The notes beneath the pieces were generated by a model that worked only from the letters and a program-made list of their open reading frames with translations, was not told where the DNA came from and ran no database searches. DNA of 64,000 bases from Lepidodermella squamata (taxonomy: Eukaryota > Animalia > Gastrotricha): NCBI GenBank assembly GCA_047495785.1, contig JBLDXI010000046.1, positions 186,001 to 250,000 on the forward strand, given 5' to 3'. The translations under genes were made by a program, and so were the position numbers. Positions 32,861 through 45,407 of the stretch are shown here, in pieces. Numbering within the stretch: position 1 is the first letter of the stretch; every line of letters starts with the position of its first letter.

Positions 32861-34712
32861 TTCTTGCGCGTGCTTGAAATCTTGAAATTCTAGCAATAAT
32901 TTGAATATCATCATTGTGATTCTATTATTATTCAATATGAACTGATTGAAAACATGTTTGCAGTCGGAAATAAATTACCCAAAATTATGAGTTTTCAATT
33001 TGACATTCATTCATTCATATACCATAAAAGGGTTCACATCATTCGTACGAACGATGCAATGGCATGTTTAATTTCCTTGCTCTAGTTCAGTTTTACAAAA
33101 GCCCCCGTCGGGTTACCTTCATCTAGCCCCTACTCTCGGGGGTGTGGGGGCGAAGCCCCCAAAAGAAGAAAGGGGGCAAGGGCCTGACAAGGGAAAACAA
33201 CGTGAAATTTGAATTCCACGAATCCCTGCCAAATCCCACCAATCTTCAGCTAAAACATTGGCCAGTTCAAAACATCTCACATCATTCGTATCAACGATAT
33301 GATGGCATAACTAATGCCAAACCTTAATCCTGTCAAAAAATGCTCACATCATTCGTAAGTATGATGCGATGGCTTACCCGAATGCCGTACTTTGGCTCTC
33401 TCCTGAAAATACACCGCGGACTGAAGCCGAAACATGGGCCAGTTGAAAAAATCTCACATCCTTCCCTATGAACAATATGACGGTATGTAATTTTGGTTAA
33501 CTCAGGCAATCGTATGAGAACCTTATGAGTTCGCCAAGTAGAATAGTCGTAACTCTGGCAGTCGTAGGAGTGCCCAAGGGGTTGACTTGAAACATATCTG
33601 GCTAAGGTAGCTCGCAAATCGCAAGCATCTGATACGTGTCTCAATCGAATTTGAATTATGAAAAATCAGCAATTAGAAGACACGCGCTTCTCAATACGGA
33701 ATTTCTCAGATTGAATAACTGGAACATTTATACTGAGAGCAGTGCTATTTGTCGCAAGATTCGATACAGGTAAATGCGAGCCCATGCGAGCAACATTCGG
33801 GCCTCTAGACCACGGTAATCGAATTCGCCGACCTTGATTTACCCACTCCTATAACGACAGGCAAAATAACATTTCTGAAAGCACTCATAAGACACTTTAG
33901 GGTTTCCCGTCTTTTGATGAGGATGTAAGTCTCCTAGATTTTTGAATTTTGCACAATTTTTACCATAGCCGAGAAAATCACACAATAGAGCAATCAAATT
34001 ACCCGCCCAATGCATGAGAAAAACCTTTCGGGCCGATAATTTTTATTTCCAATATGAAAAATATTCGCCGAAAAATCCGTTCGCGTTCAATTGATCTAAT
34101 TACGGGCACTATTGTGAGATTTTCCCGGCCTCGGTAAAAAGTGGCTGCGCTATGTGTAAATTCAGAATTCTGAAGAAAAGCTGCGTTGAAACTTATTGGA
34201 ATCCAAGAATCGTCCCTCTTCAAGCCAACACACATTTTGTGCTGGAAAATAAAGAAACTTCACCAAACTCACCCCACTTTTCACTTGTCAAGGGCAAATC
34301 ATAATATTATCAAAAATAATTTCCATTCACATAATTGCACGCCGGTAGAATATATATTACGTTGTCTGGTTTAGTACGAATCTAAAAAATGGCATCTCTC
34401 ACTGAGACAAGCCGGTTATATACTGTGCATTTTTTTCGTTTCGTCAATTACTTTCCAGTTTATTTTCTTAGTTTGAGGTTTGCACCTTGGTTGATGTTTG
34501 GACATCCTTACTTATATATCCAGCATTAATCTTCGATAATTGCCGCTGAGAGTAAGAGCGGGCGGTACGCTCTTATATTATCTTTCTAAATTCCTTAAAG
34601 TGGGAGCCCAGACAACAACAAGAAACCGAAAACATTTTAGGGAAAATTACTCGGACTCGAACTCGTACGAAGTCCCGTCTCAGAAATCCAACTCCCTTTC
34701 AGAGGCATAAAC

Positions 34713-37227
34713 ATGAAACTTTTAGCGATTGTCTATTTTCAACTGATAACATGCGGTTTAGCCCTAAAACCGTACCGCCTCAACGTTTTGAAAATGATAC
34801 CGTTCACAGGTAGTTGATCTAAGTAAACAAATCCCCCTAGACCTCAGTTTCTCATTTGATACAGGAGCGGAGCCCAAGAAAGGGCTAAGCTGCCGTGATG
34901 GAGCAAGCGTGGCGTTCGATTTCGCGAACAGTCGCCCGGACATTCTGCCAGACTATCACATCGAGGCTCAGTATGAGGATGAATTCGTCGGAAACACTGC
35001 TGCGAGAGCTACGATTTCATACGCCAGAAGCTTCGAAGCTTCAAACCCTCGTAACTCATCGAATTTAGCTCCGGGTTACCAATCACCCATAATTCTAGGG
35101 CCCCATTACACTACAGGGTGCAAGGCGGTTGGACCCCTGTTGACCCACATTAAATCCGTCGGGGTTAGTACGTACTGCGGGGCTCCTTTCCTCTCCGATC
35201 ACAGTTTGTACCCAAATTTATACCTGATGATCCAAACAAACCGCTTCACTGCTTTCGTTTACATTCGATTCCTGCGTGAAGTTGGAAAATGGAATCGTTT
35301 CGCTTTAATAACCAACGCTGCAAGTGTGAATGACTATCTAACAGCGATATTCGTTCAAAAAGCCGCCTTGGAAAACGGATTCTCCGTACCCTGGTTCGAA
35401 ATTGTCACTGACATCACCGATGAAGCGGCTTCAAGTCTGAAGTCCGGCGATTTTCGAGTTATAGTCATGTTTTCAGCCTCCGACCGTTTTACATGGCGAC
35501 TTTTGTGCCAAACCTACAAAGTTGGTATTACAGGACCGAAGTACGCCCTTGTTGTTACCTACATCACCTACAGTGACCCATACGCCCTACCAGACGAGCC
35601 GTTTCCTGGCTGTAAACGTTCAATGATCATCGAACAGTTGAAAATAACGTTCTGGCTAAGTTTTGTCCTTACCCCTGAAGACATGAAACTGACCTCACAA
35701 CTCGGGTATAATGTAGCTGAGTTCGAAGCAATGTTAGACGAGAAGACCAACAAATCGCGCCCTGCCGATTACCAAAACCGGTTCTTATGCCACGATACTG
35801 CATTGAAGGGAATCTATGCGCTGGACGATGCTGAGAAACGTTTGAAGGCAATGAATCTATCGCTGCGAGACTTTTCGAAATACCCGGACTTGGTCATGCA
35901 AGTCGCGAATATCTCAGTCCAAACGACCCAGGTTAACGGTTTGAGAGTTGGCCCGATGAGGTACGGGAAGACTTTGATGCAGGAAACCGATGCGGCCATT
36001 ATTGGCTACTGGAATCCAACAAGGGGCCTAGAGTACATGGGGATGATAAAACAAATCCCTGATACCCCGGAATTTGTCTACTCCAGCTATTCAATCCAAT
36101 TGTTGAGACCCATAGTTTGGCTAACGAGAAACGGCCTACCCCCGAAGGACCAAATCACAGCTAGGAACATCATCGCCGAAGTCACATCCAGTACTTTGAT
36201 CGCAGTCTCATTTTTCGCTGGAATCATCGGTTTCGTTCAAGTCGTCTTGCTAGCAATCACTTTGTGGATTCGTGAAAAGGAACGATGTATTAAACGCTTC
36301 TCAGACAGTAAGATCCTCGGCCTATTGGGCAGCCTGATAATCGATGCTTCATCGATTTTGTTCTGCATCGAGACAAACCCATCGCCCTATCTACTTTGGG
36401 TCCTTCGATTAGTCACGATAATCGTTGGGCTTTCCATTATCCACGGTGTATTCATTCTTAGACCTACGACAATCAATCGTTGGTTCAGTAGTAGAACGCA
36501 CCGTGCGATTGGCCCATCGAAATCGAGGAAAAGTGTTTACGGTGGTAAGGAAGACACAGCAAATAGCCAGCAGTTGAGCTTCAACGACTTGAAACCCCCG
36601 GAAGAAACGCAGAGGAAGTCCATCATCAACTCCCCACTCCCGGAAGCGGATGTCTCGCGATTGAAGACGCCGTCACGTTTGAGTACGGTTGGCAATAATT
36701 TGAAGCAGTCGAAAAGTGTTGCGTTGATCCCGGATGAAAGCTGGCGCCGATTTGATACTTACACATGTATCGGAACTGTGATTTTCACGCTTTTCAACGC
36801 AGTCCTATTCTTCATATGGCTGGTTGCTGATCCTTTGATCTGCGAACTTGTGGAGGCGGGGTCTTACTACATCGAACAGGAAGATACACTGGTAGAAGTA
36901 CTTAATTCCAGCTGCCGTGGTAAATCGATGCTGGCCTGGATGTTGTCTTTCGTCTTCATTCACATCGCTTTTCTCTTCTTTGGAGTGTACAAGTCGTACT
37001 ACCTTGGCAGGCAGAATGGGAGCATTCTCGTCCCAGAGTTTGCAATGTTACGATTTGGAATTGCTAATGCTACCACGTTACTATGCGGAATTCTGTTGAT
37101 TGTCATCATTATTCGAAATTTGATCGGTCAGCAAATCGCCGTGGCGGTTGGGTTGCTTTTAACATCTGCATTCACGACCCTCAGCTGGTACATTCAGTTC
37201 GTCCGTGAAAAGATGTGGCGATCTTGA
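34713..37227 (+). CDS. Class C GPCR, GABA-B-like, more divergent, one intron
   Basis: Exon 34713-34809 (MKLLAIVYFQLITCGLALKPYRL...PFTG), intron 34810-34864, exon 34865-37227. NSRPDILPDY and NGLPPKD motifs, 7TM. Confidence 0.88.
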
Positions 37228-37908
37228 AGTCTCGGGACAAAGTTGTTTTTCGTAATCTGAAACTAATCTTGCCGGTCTCATTAGTCTTAATGTTGTTACT
37301 TTGCACCTAAAAGCATCAAAATAAAGTTTACATTAGCGGTATTTATATCAAGTAATCTCTCGTTGCAGACACCTCATTATTTAAATGGCATTTTACGCCT
37401 ATACTGAAGTCTTTTAATTATTAGAAGAGGAATTAATGGCGGTCTCTCCAGTACTCATTAAAAGAGTATTAAAGAATCGATCTAGGATCCAGGTTTTCAG
37501 TCCGTTGCGAACAAACATGTAACATGAGTTCCTAGAATATAGTCGAAGAGATGAACGGACATGGATAAAATGGGAAATCAGCGTACAAAGTAGGATCCTT
37601 GAGCTAGGGGTCACTCTCGGCTATTTTTGGCCCAAGAGGGTTGTCTATTGCGCTGGGGGTGGGGGTACGGAACCCCTCGTACTTCGAATCAATCGAAAAA
37701 CATCGGGTTTCTCTTTGGGATGTTCAGCTTTCATGGACGGAATTCTCGTATGGCATTCGAAAGCATATAAATTATTCTGAAATCTGGAAGTTGAATAGTA
37801 GTAAATTTCTAAATGTTTCCAGCCATCACTATAACCTGATAATATCATTGGGGTAATTTATTATATTCTAAAAAAAAACTTCCGTTAAGATTTGGTACTA
37901 ATTAGTAA

Positions 37909-40062
37909 TTAGTCTCTACAGAAAGGAACAATCCATTTGTCATCACCAATATGCTCACAGATCAGCAGTACTGAAGCCGCCACTTTTGTGCATTTCGGAT
38001 AGTCGCTCAGTACAAATTCCTTTTTACCATCACATAACTTCGGCAGTGCCATAGGATCGCTATTGCGTGCTATCGTTTCAATAAATTGACCACTTGCTAT
38101 CAATACAGACGGTCCAGTTTCATTACGAATCCCGCAACCACCGATTAGGTAAGACGCATCTTTAACTGCAAGACCTTGATCCAAGGCCTTCGGATTTGGG
38201 AGAAGTTGCGTCTTAGAAATATCTCCACCAATTGACAGGTAGAAAACCAAGGATAGCTGAAATTTCATATCTAAAATAGTTTGAAGACAGTCAACTTGAG
38301 TTTTCGCTTCTAACGCAGTAACTCCCCAAGTTTCGACTAGAGGCACAAATTCAGCAGGGTGGATACAGAATATACGCCGGCTGAAGTAAGGCCGATATAG
38401 ATTTTCGATGTTAAACGCTTCCCGGCCGGAATTATGACCAAGCCAAACGATTAGAATTGCAGTTTTAGGTTTGATCAGAGGTTGAATCGTAGGATCAGAA
38501 ACATTTGGGCATTGCTTATTGGCAGCCTCACCAGATTTGAGGTAAGATGTTGCGGCAGTGTTTTTCGAGGTCTGATTCGATGATTTAATCAAAGGCTGTT
38601 CGTAAGGGTAGAACTCAAGCAGGGTTTTCTCATTCTCACGGCAGTCCAGCCGTTCACTACGCTGCGGGTATTCGTATCCAACCCTCCTTAAATCTTCCAG
38701 CCAGGCTAATGAGATCTTTGGGTCATAATCCTCCGGCATGGACTTCGATTTAGCCAGGTCTTTGAACAGTTTTCGACAGCATTGCACGAAGCTTAATTCA
38801 GCCGGCTTGCATTGCCAGTTGGATAGAAATTTGATAAGTTTGCTCGATCGGCCGTGGAAATCAATTTCAGCGCCTAAATCCATTGGGTTCTCGCTAGGGG
38901 TTCGAATCGCATTAGGAGGTGTGAATCCTATTCTAGCGCCGGAGAGCCATAACAAAGGTTGATTGATATACGAGCGGAGAATATCAGCCTCTCGATCATT
39001 CTTAACATTGCAAAACAATTTCATCATTCATCTTTCATAACTAGTTATCGAAACTTACAAGTTTATCGAATATCGGGAAGAAAAGAGCAGGGAAAGCGTC
39101 GTAGGTGAACAAAGTGTTCTGTGAGTTGGAAAGCGCGAAGAAATTCTCCGGCACAGCAACTTTTGTAGATTCATCAAACGAGTAAGCTTGCTCTGGATCG
39201 AATTTCTTCCTCAGAACTGCGAGAACCCCGTCAAGATCAACATCTCCTTCAGTCAAACCTTGTACCCAAGACGGCGGTCTCGAATCGCAAAACTTGTACC
39301 GCCTCAGCACAGGCTTAGCTATCTCTTGAAGTGGGAAACCACGTGGCCATAGGCTAGACTGACCGAAATGAGGTAGATGATTGATGACAGGGAGTGACTC
39401 GCCCTGTTTCTGAGCATCAAAGTACAGCATTTTGACCTGCTTCGACCGAGCGCCATTCTTCTCGTGTCCTGTTATATCAAGCAGGGATTGAAGACTGTCA
39501 GCCACCTTTGTATAGTTATCAGTGTCGTAAATCAATTTCGCACCATGCTGAATTGCGAACAGATAAGCCGAATTCTTTATCGAGGCGTAGCCTTTCGTAC
39601 TGTTATGGTTTAAGCTTTTGAAACCGAGAGTCCTGGCCTCTTCGAAGGAAAGAAGACGAATGTGGTCGGGTGGGGACCAGCCCTCTGGTTTGTCACCGGC
39701 TACGAGTAACCGCCAACTAGTTGATTTCGATAACTCAACTGGATGCTTCAAATGTTCTGCCGAGCACTGGAAATTAAAAACACTGTTTAAAATCGGAGAT
39801 TTCCCCAAAATCCAACCTTGCAGCAAACTACGACGATCCAACGTTCGGAGAGCTTTTCATTCGGCAGGGGTTTGAGAGATTGGCTTGAGTTGCTGATGTA
39901 ACTGTCGTTGATTTCATTGAAGGTTTCGAGAACTGAGATTGCTGGAGGGCCCTCCGATAAGTCTTTGTTATAACTTGTGATGTAGTGGAGAAAAAGTAAG
40001 ATAACTAGTAGATTCGGCAGTGCGATTAAGAGTTTTTTCACCAGTTGGTTCTTTCGTCGCAT
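37909..40062 (-). CDS. STELLO-like (DUF288) putative glycosyltransferase, type II membrane protein
   Basis: Exons 40062-39817, 39766-39059, 39000-37909. N-terminal TM. Motifs WIVV, W.LLVAGD.P..W, KN.AYLFAIQHGAK.IYDTD, HFGQ..LWPRGFPL, NSQNTLF, DI.RSY..Q.LLW. Confidence 0.85.
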
Positions 40063-41432
40063 TCTCCGCAGAGTAAATCATTGTCTGGCAATCATGAGCT
40101 TAGCTTGCTATCAGTTATGCACTGGTAGTGAAAAAAATCGATTGAATTCTGTGGCTCACTGCATTATTCAGCAATGAGCACTTACAAACAGATGCTGAGT
40201 GCTGACAACTATGTGAGCCTGACTTTACTTAATCGATCTCGGATATTGCGGTATTGATTGCATCTGTGAACTCAATCAGCTTAGGAATGGTGGGAATAAG
40301 GCAACAATAAGCGAATCAGTGTGCGAAGTAGAATGCTCCTCGAGCTAGGGTACCTTAAGGTATTTTTGGCCAGAATATTGAAACAAAGGGGTCCCTCGGG
40401 AGGTTAGTCCTCTCGATTTGGCTTTAATGTTTATACATTCTGGCGGTCTCCTTCTGATTCGAGGAGATGCAGGTTTGGGAAGGGTAGATTCAATACATCT
40501 TCAGCAAGGAACTATCGAAGCCTGACTTTTTAGCAAACGTAATCAAGGCTCCATAGAAAATTAAGAAATTGTCAGTTTCTGCGCAGGAAGCTCGGCATGT
40601 TTTGCAGCCCTGCTTTATTTCGATGGTTATAGTTACGTCATTGCTTTTACTCCTGAAATGTCTGCTAATACATCCTTCTGCAGGGGCACAGCGTCATTCG
40701 GCCATCCTTTTCGCAAAGCATTTTGACGAGAAGCCAATGTTAGAGCCATAAATTCGTAGAAAGTACTAAGTACGTTTTATTGATTTTGAAAGAATCATGT
40801 TGTCGACTCATTCGCAATTTACGGCATTTTTACAAGTTGGCAAAGAATGTGTTTAAGCCAACTGGAAATTTTTATCAGAACTCGGTCATTACTCATTTTG
40901 AGTATGACTCTGATCTGTTATCTGGATATTTTCTTCCACTGTTCACCCGCTCGATGACGTTTGGGGGTTTCAATTTAATTTCTTTAATTTCTTCAACTCC
41001 ATAATAATAGATTGGGACCAAACTTTCGCAAAAAAACGCAAAACCTAGCGCCAAATGATATGGAAATCTTAATAAATGCTCCCACTCTATTTAATCACTT
41101 CTCAGCTTTAGCTGATAACGGTGGCCCCAGGCGCGTAATTAGATGACCAGAAACTGATTTTGTATTCTCAAAATTGCATTTATTGAGGCAAGAATGCGCG
41201 GCCTCATTTTTATCACGGCCCACACATGAACAGATGAGATGGGCGCGGCCGGTCAGAGCCGTGAATTTCGCACGTTTAAGTAGCCACAGTTCATTCGCGC
41301 ATTTTAGTCCACCCCAGGTAATTTGCATCGCCACCTGCCGCCACCAAACGTACTATGAATTCAGCTTTCATCCTTTTTCTGCTGGCGAATAGTTTCCTTC
41401 GCGTTTCATCCTTTCTACCGCGCAATATACCA

Positions 41433-41777
41433 ATGGACAAAATTGTAGAAGATCGTAAGTGAAAAATTGAAAAATTCCTCCTTAAAATGCATATTTTTCA
41501 TTTTTTCACAGTCAGGCAGCGCCTGGTGAATCTTGTCGATAACTGTTCCCTGGAGGAAATAGTTTCCCATGTAGAGCTGCTTCAGTCAGCGGAAGAGGCC
41601 GAGTTCCTTCAAGAATGCGTGCATAAATTCATGTTCTTCTCAATATGCTCGCAATCGACAGCATTCTTCATTTGGCAACAAGATGCAGTGGGTAAAATGC
41701 GGCAGCAAATGATGGAAAAAAATCGAGCCAGCCTCGGTGAGATTCTCAAAAAGCTCGATCACTGTTCGAACGACTAG
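41433..41777 (+). CDS. Small helical protein of unknown function
   Basis: ATG at 41433, GT-AG intron ~41455-41510, in-frame second exon (LRQRLVNLVDNCSLEEIV...KLDHCSND). No family recognised. Confidence 0.4.
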
Positions 41778-42104
41778 TCGGAGGAAGCGAACGGCGAATT
41801 TTATTTGAAATTTTGTTATTTTTACAAAAATAAGCTGTGCTTAATTTAGTAGATAGCTATATTCAACCCGGTCATGCTGGCTCATGATCAAGCCACGTTT
41901 TCACTTTATATGAATGCCTAGCTCAAATCATTTGTTGATCTTGTTGAATAAATACACAGCATTATTGCAATAGTTCACGCGTTGTTATTGATTTTGAATT
42001 CCCACCGCGCAATATGACTTTAGTTTATTTGAGCACCGACATGTTTTGAAATCGCAGTCAAAACGAAAAATCTCTTGTGTTTTTTTACCGTCAGTCGTAT
42101 AATA

Positions 42105-43368
42105 ATGACGTTTTGCTCCCGTTTGATCTTTGCTTTCGCGTATCTTTCGCTCGCAGAGTCGGCGAACCCGGTGCCTGAGGACGAATTTTGCGGCTGGCTC
42201 TTCGATAGATGCAGCTATTTGGCTAGCCCACGTGGCCGGCCAGTCAGCAATCAGTCTGACGTAGTATCACTCCGACTCGATTTCTCCGTGAAACGGGTGG
42301 TAGAAATCGACGAAGAGAAGCAAATGTAAACTTCATCGATTCCCTAAATATACCCAACAATAACGAATTTATCTCTTAGAATGGTTCTACAGGCCGTTTT
42401 CAACATATATTGGTTAACAGGGGAATGTGCAAACTATTCGAATTATGCCTCCGATCTCGAAGCCTCTGAACTGTCGACCGAGGCGAAAAAAGTTGATATG
42501 TGCCTCGTTCCAGTATCTAATACTTGGTACCCCCGAATAACTGTGACCAACGGCGTTGAAAACAAGATCAGAGTCGAAGATTATGCTGACCACATTCTGT
42601 TATTGCGCGACGGTTTCGCGAGAATGACCTCAGTCGGAATTTTCAAAGTCCTATGCTCATTTAATTTTCAGGTATTTTATCCTACATTGAAAGCATTGAT
42701 CTTCACTTTTGTTGTTACAGAAATTTCCGTTCGACTCCCAAATCTGCTACGTGGAAGTGAGCGAAATTTTAGGACGGGGCGATTTAGCCTCTATCGATAT
42801 GTTCAGCCTTATCTTTCTCGAGCATTTCTATCCCGGAATCCGGTTTCTTGAAGATGCTGATATATGGAGGATTGTGGACAATGGCTCTTATCAGCTGGTA
42901 GCAACCGATAGCAGTTTAACTCGATTTTACTTCAAATTCAAGCGCCAGCATCGCTATTACTTGATGTCGATATTCGTGCCTAATACCCTTCTAGTCCTAC
43001 TTCAGTTGTTTTCAACGTTCATTCCACCTGAAAAATTGGAGAGACCAGCTTTTATGGCGTACATTTTATTCACCTACGTGACAGTTTTCCCGGTGATTGT
43101 CGACAACATCCCGAAAACGTCACAGCGCATACATTTGTTTGAGTACATTGCATCATGCATGTCGCTGTGTGTGATGAAAACAATTTACACAGTGATAACC
43201 GCTGCGTATTACGAGAAGCCGTTTCTGAGGCAACATGTCACGTGGTGCAAAGGCTATGCGATAAAGCGAGTTCGAATTATCGACTCGATTGCTGCCGCCG
43301 TTGAGGTGCTGGTTGTGGCTCTCATCAATTCGGCATTCTTTTCTACAACGCTGCTCGCTGAAGACTAG
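42105..43368 (+). CDS. Cys-loop ligand-gated ion channel subunit (divergent nAChR-like)
   Basis: Exons 42105-42325, 42380-42671, 42721-43368. Signal peptide, V.EIDE..Q, W.P.I...N, Cys-loop CSFNFQKFPFDSQIC, 4 TM, IPKTS M2-M3 loop. Confidence 0.9.
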
Positions 43369-43454
43369 AGCATATATATAATGTTTATAAAGTTAACGCG
43401 GATTCATTAAACTCGCATTCAATTATGAGTATAATTTTACGGACAATTCAAGCA

Positions 43455-43525
43455 GGGTCGAGAGCGTAAGGGTCCAGCTGAATGATCAATGCTGAGAGTT
43501 TTTGATTCTTCGTTGAAAATTCCTT
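43455..43525 (-). pseudogene. Short VFT fragment of the minus-strand GPCR subfamily
   Basis: NQKLSALIIQ matches NQRLSALIIQ of the 55095-55790 copy. Shared DNA CTGAATGATCAATGCTGAGAGT. Confidence 0.6.
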
Positions 43526-43646
43526 CATCTCAGTGCCAAGTATTGTGAATTTCAGAGAATGCATGCAGCAAAGAATCGAAGCATTAGGGACAGAATTACG
43601 GTAATTTTTAGTCGTAGGATTTGATGGAAAAGCGATATCATAATTA

Positions 43647-43910
43647 TGACTCAAAAATGAAAAACCAGTCGCCTAATCCGACATGTTTCAGCTTTTATTC
43701 AGCCATCTTCAGGGTCTGACAACAAGTAAGGAAATCAACAATCAAGTTTCGAGACTAATATTAAAACAACCAACAAAATTGGTAAACTTGTTTTAATATT
43801 AGTCTCGAAACTTGATTGTTGATTTCCTTACTTGTTGTCAGACCCTGAAGATGGCTGAATAAAAGCTGAAACATGTCGGATTAGGCGACTGGTTTTTCAT
43901 TTTTGAGTCA
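43647..43910. repeat. Perfect palindrome: 123-bp arms, 18-bp spacer
   Basis: 43647-43769 reads as the exact reverse complement of 43788-43910. Confidence 0.95.
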
Positions 43911-44095
43911 GAATTACGGTAACTTCTTGTTCGAACGATGCTCACTGACAGTTTCCGCTTGACTGTCTAATGGTGCTATCGGTCAGCTCATTTTTAAATG
44001 TAGGCTATTACACCCCCTTCCTTTTCATCTATAGAATCTGGATCACTTAACAGGCATCAGAATACCTTATCGTCATCATTGTCGTCTTACTCAAA

Positions 44096-44722
44096 CTACT
44101 TAGCAAAACAAGCCATCGGAATCGTCATTGCGCTTCCGTTTTGAGAAATAATTAGTCCAATAAGAATAGCTCCAAAAATAAATTTCACCAAGCCATGAAT
44201 GACGTAGCTACATATCTTAAGCTGGATTTTAAGTGCATTAACTTTTCTAGAACCCCGTAAACCTCGCAAACCTTTTATAATCGATGAGCATTTCAAAGCT
44301 GAGAATATAGGCTCGAAGCAACTCAATAAAAGGATGAAGGATGCAATTAAACTTTTGACGCAAAAATCTGCATCACATCCTATTCCACTGCAACGTAGTT
44401 TTAACTTGAGGCTCTCATCGAAAGGCGAGATTAATGTGTGCAAGATTTTACCCCGACTGCTCATCGGTGAGGATATAATAGCATCTAGGAACATCAATAA
44501 AGAGGAGATCCCAGCAAATACTGGGTAAAAGTTGTTGCGTAATCTTCCCGTCCTGCTTTCAGCGGCCACAGTGATTGTATGTGAAACGGCATTCCAAGTT
44601 AGATTCAACCTGCTGTTGTACATCAGAAATTTCGTTGACTTTCTAGCATTGCACACACCCTTAGCGATAGCTTTCCTCAGCTTGTTCTTCCGCAGTAAAA
44701 GACCGTAAGCGCTCCAGTGCAA
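44096..44722 (-). pseudogene. Truncated 7TM fragment of a class C GPCR (paralogue of 46883-47853)
   Basis: Aligns to the last exon of the 46883-49594 gene (SRLN.T..AVS.T.T.AA.S..G.LRN, SPFDESLKL, LKIQLKICS). No 5' part and a premature stop. Confidence 0.8.
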
Positions 44723-44840
44723 ACTCAGCTACTCGACTTTTTTGGTAAGGCATCACTTCATGATGATCGTAAATTTTAAGCTGGGGGCGAATTTCATTTC
44801 TGCTATTTCTCCTCTCATATTATTGTCCCCTTTGGTGAAA

Positions 44841-44996
44841 CATAGACCCTGGGCATTTCAACACTTGTATAAGGAAAACACTTACTTATACCAGTGTGTT
44901 CAATTGATCTTATTTCCAATTTCCTGAGTCAACAATCTGTGCTCGATACCAATGTAATAATTTTTGGCATTTCTTTCCGACTCTATAGCGATGAAA
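44841..44996 (+). repeat. Diverged direct duplicate of the promoter and start codon of the LGIC gene (45261-45413)
   Basis: CATAGACCCTGG.CATTTCAA...CCAATTTCCTGA.TCAACAAT.TGTGCTCGATACC...ATGAAA is present in both. Confidence 0.8.
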
Positions 44997-45407
44997 TGAG
45001 ATGAGATACGTCATTTGCTGTTATGACTACGAGTATTTTGTGAGATGAAGTATGCTGCGTATTAATAGCGAAATAAATGCAGGCATAATCAGATAAATCA
45101 GAAGTCATATTAGAGAACAAAGATCTGTGATCAAAAGACAGAATTATTCGAGAACTCGGGAGCCATCACACAGAGTCTATTCGGAACCACACTCGAAATT
45201 CGCCTAAAATCGCTCCAGATCCTGAAAACCCTCTATGATGGAAAACCATAGATATTAAATCATAGACCCTGGCATTTCAAACACTTTTGTTTAAAGGAAA
45301 ACACTACCAGTGCTTTCAATTATTCCTATATCCAATTTCCTGAATCAACAATATGTGCTCGATACCGATGATATCATTGTAGACATTCAATCATTTCGAC
45401 TCAAGCT

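Noticed and set aside
33033-33486. CRISPR-like repeat/spacer array
   Set aside because: Repeats are degenerate and irregularly spaced, the context is eukaryotic, and there are no cas genes.
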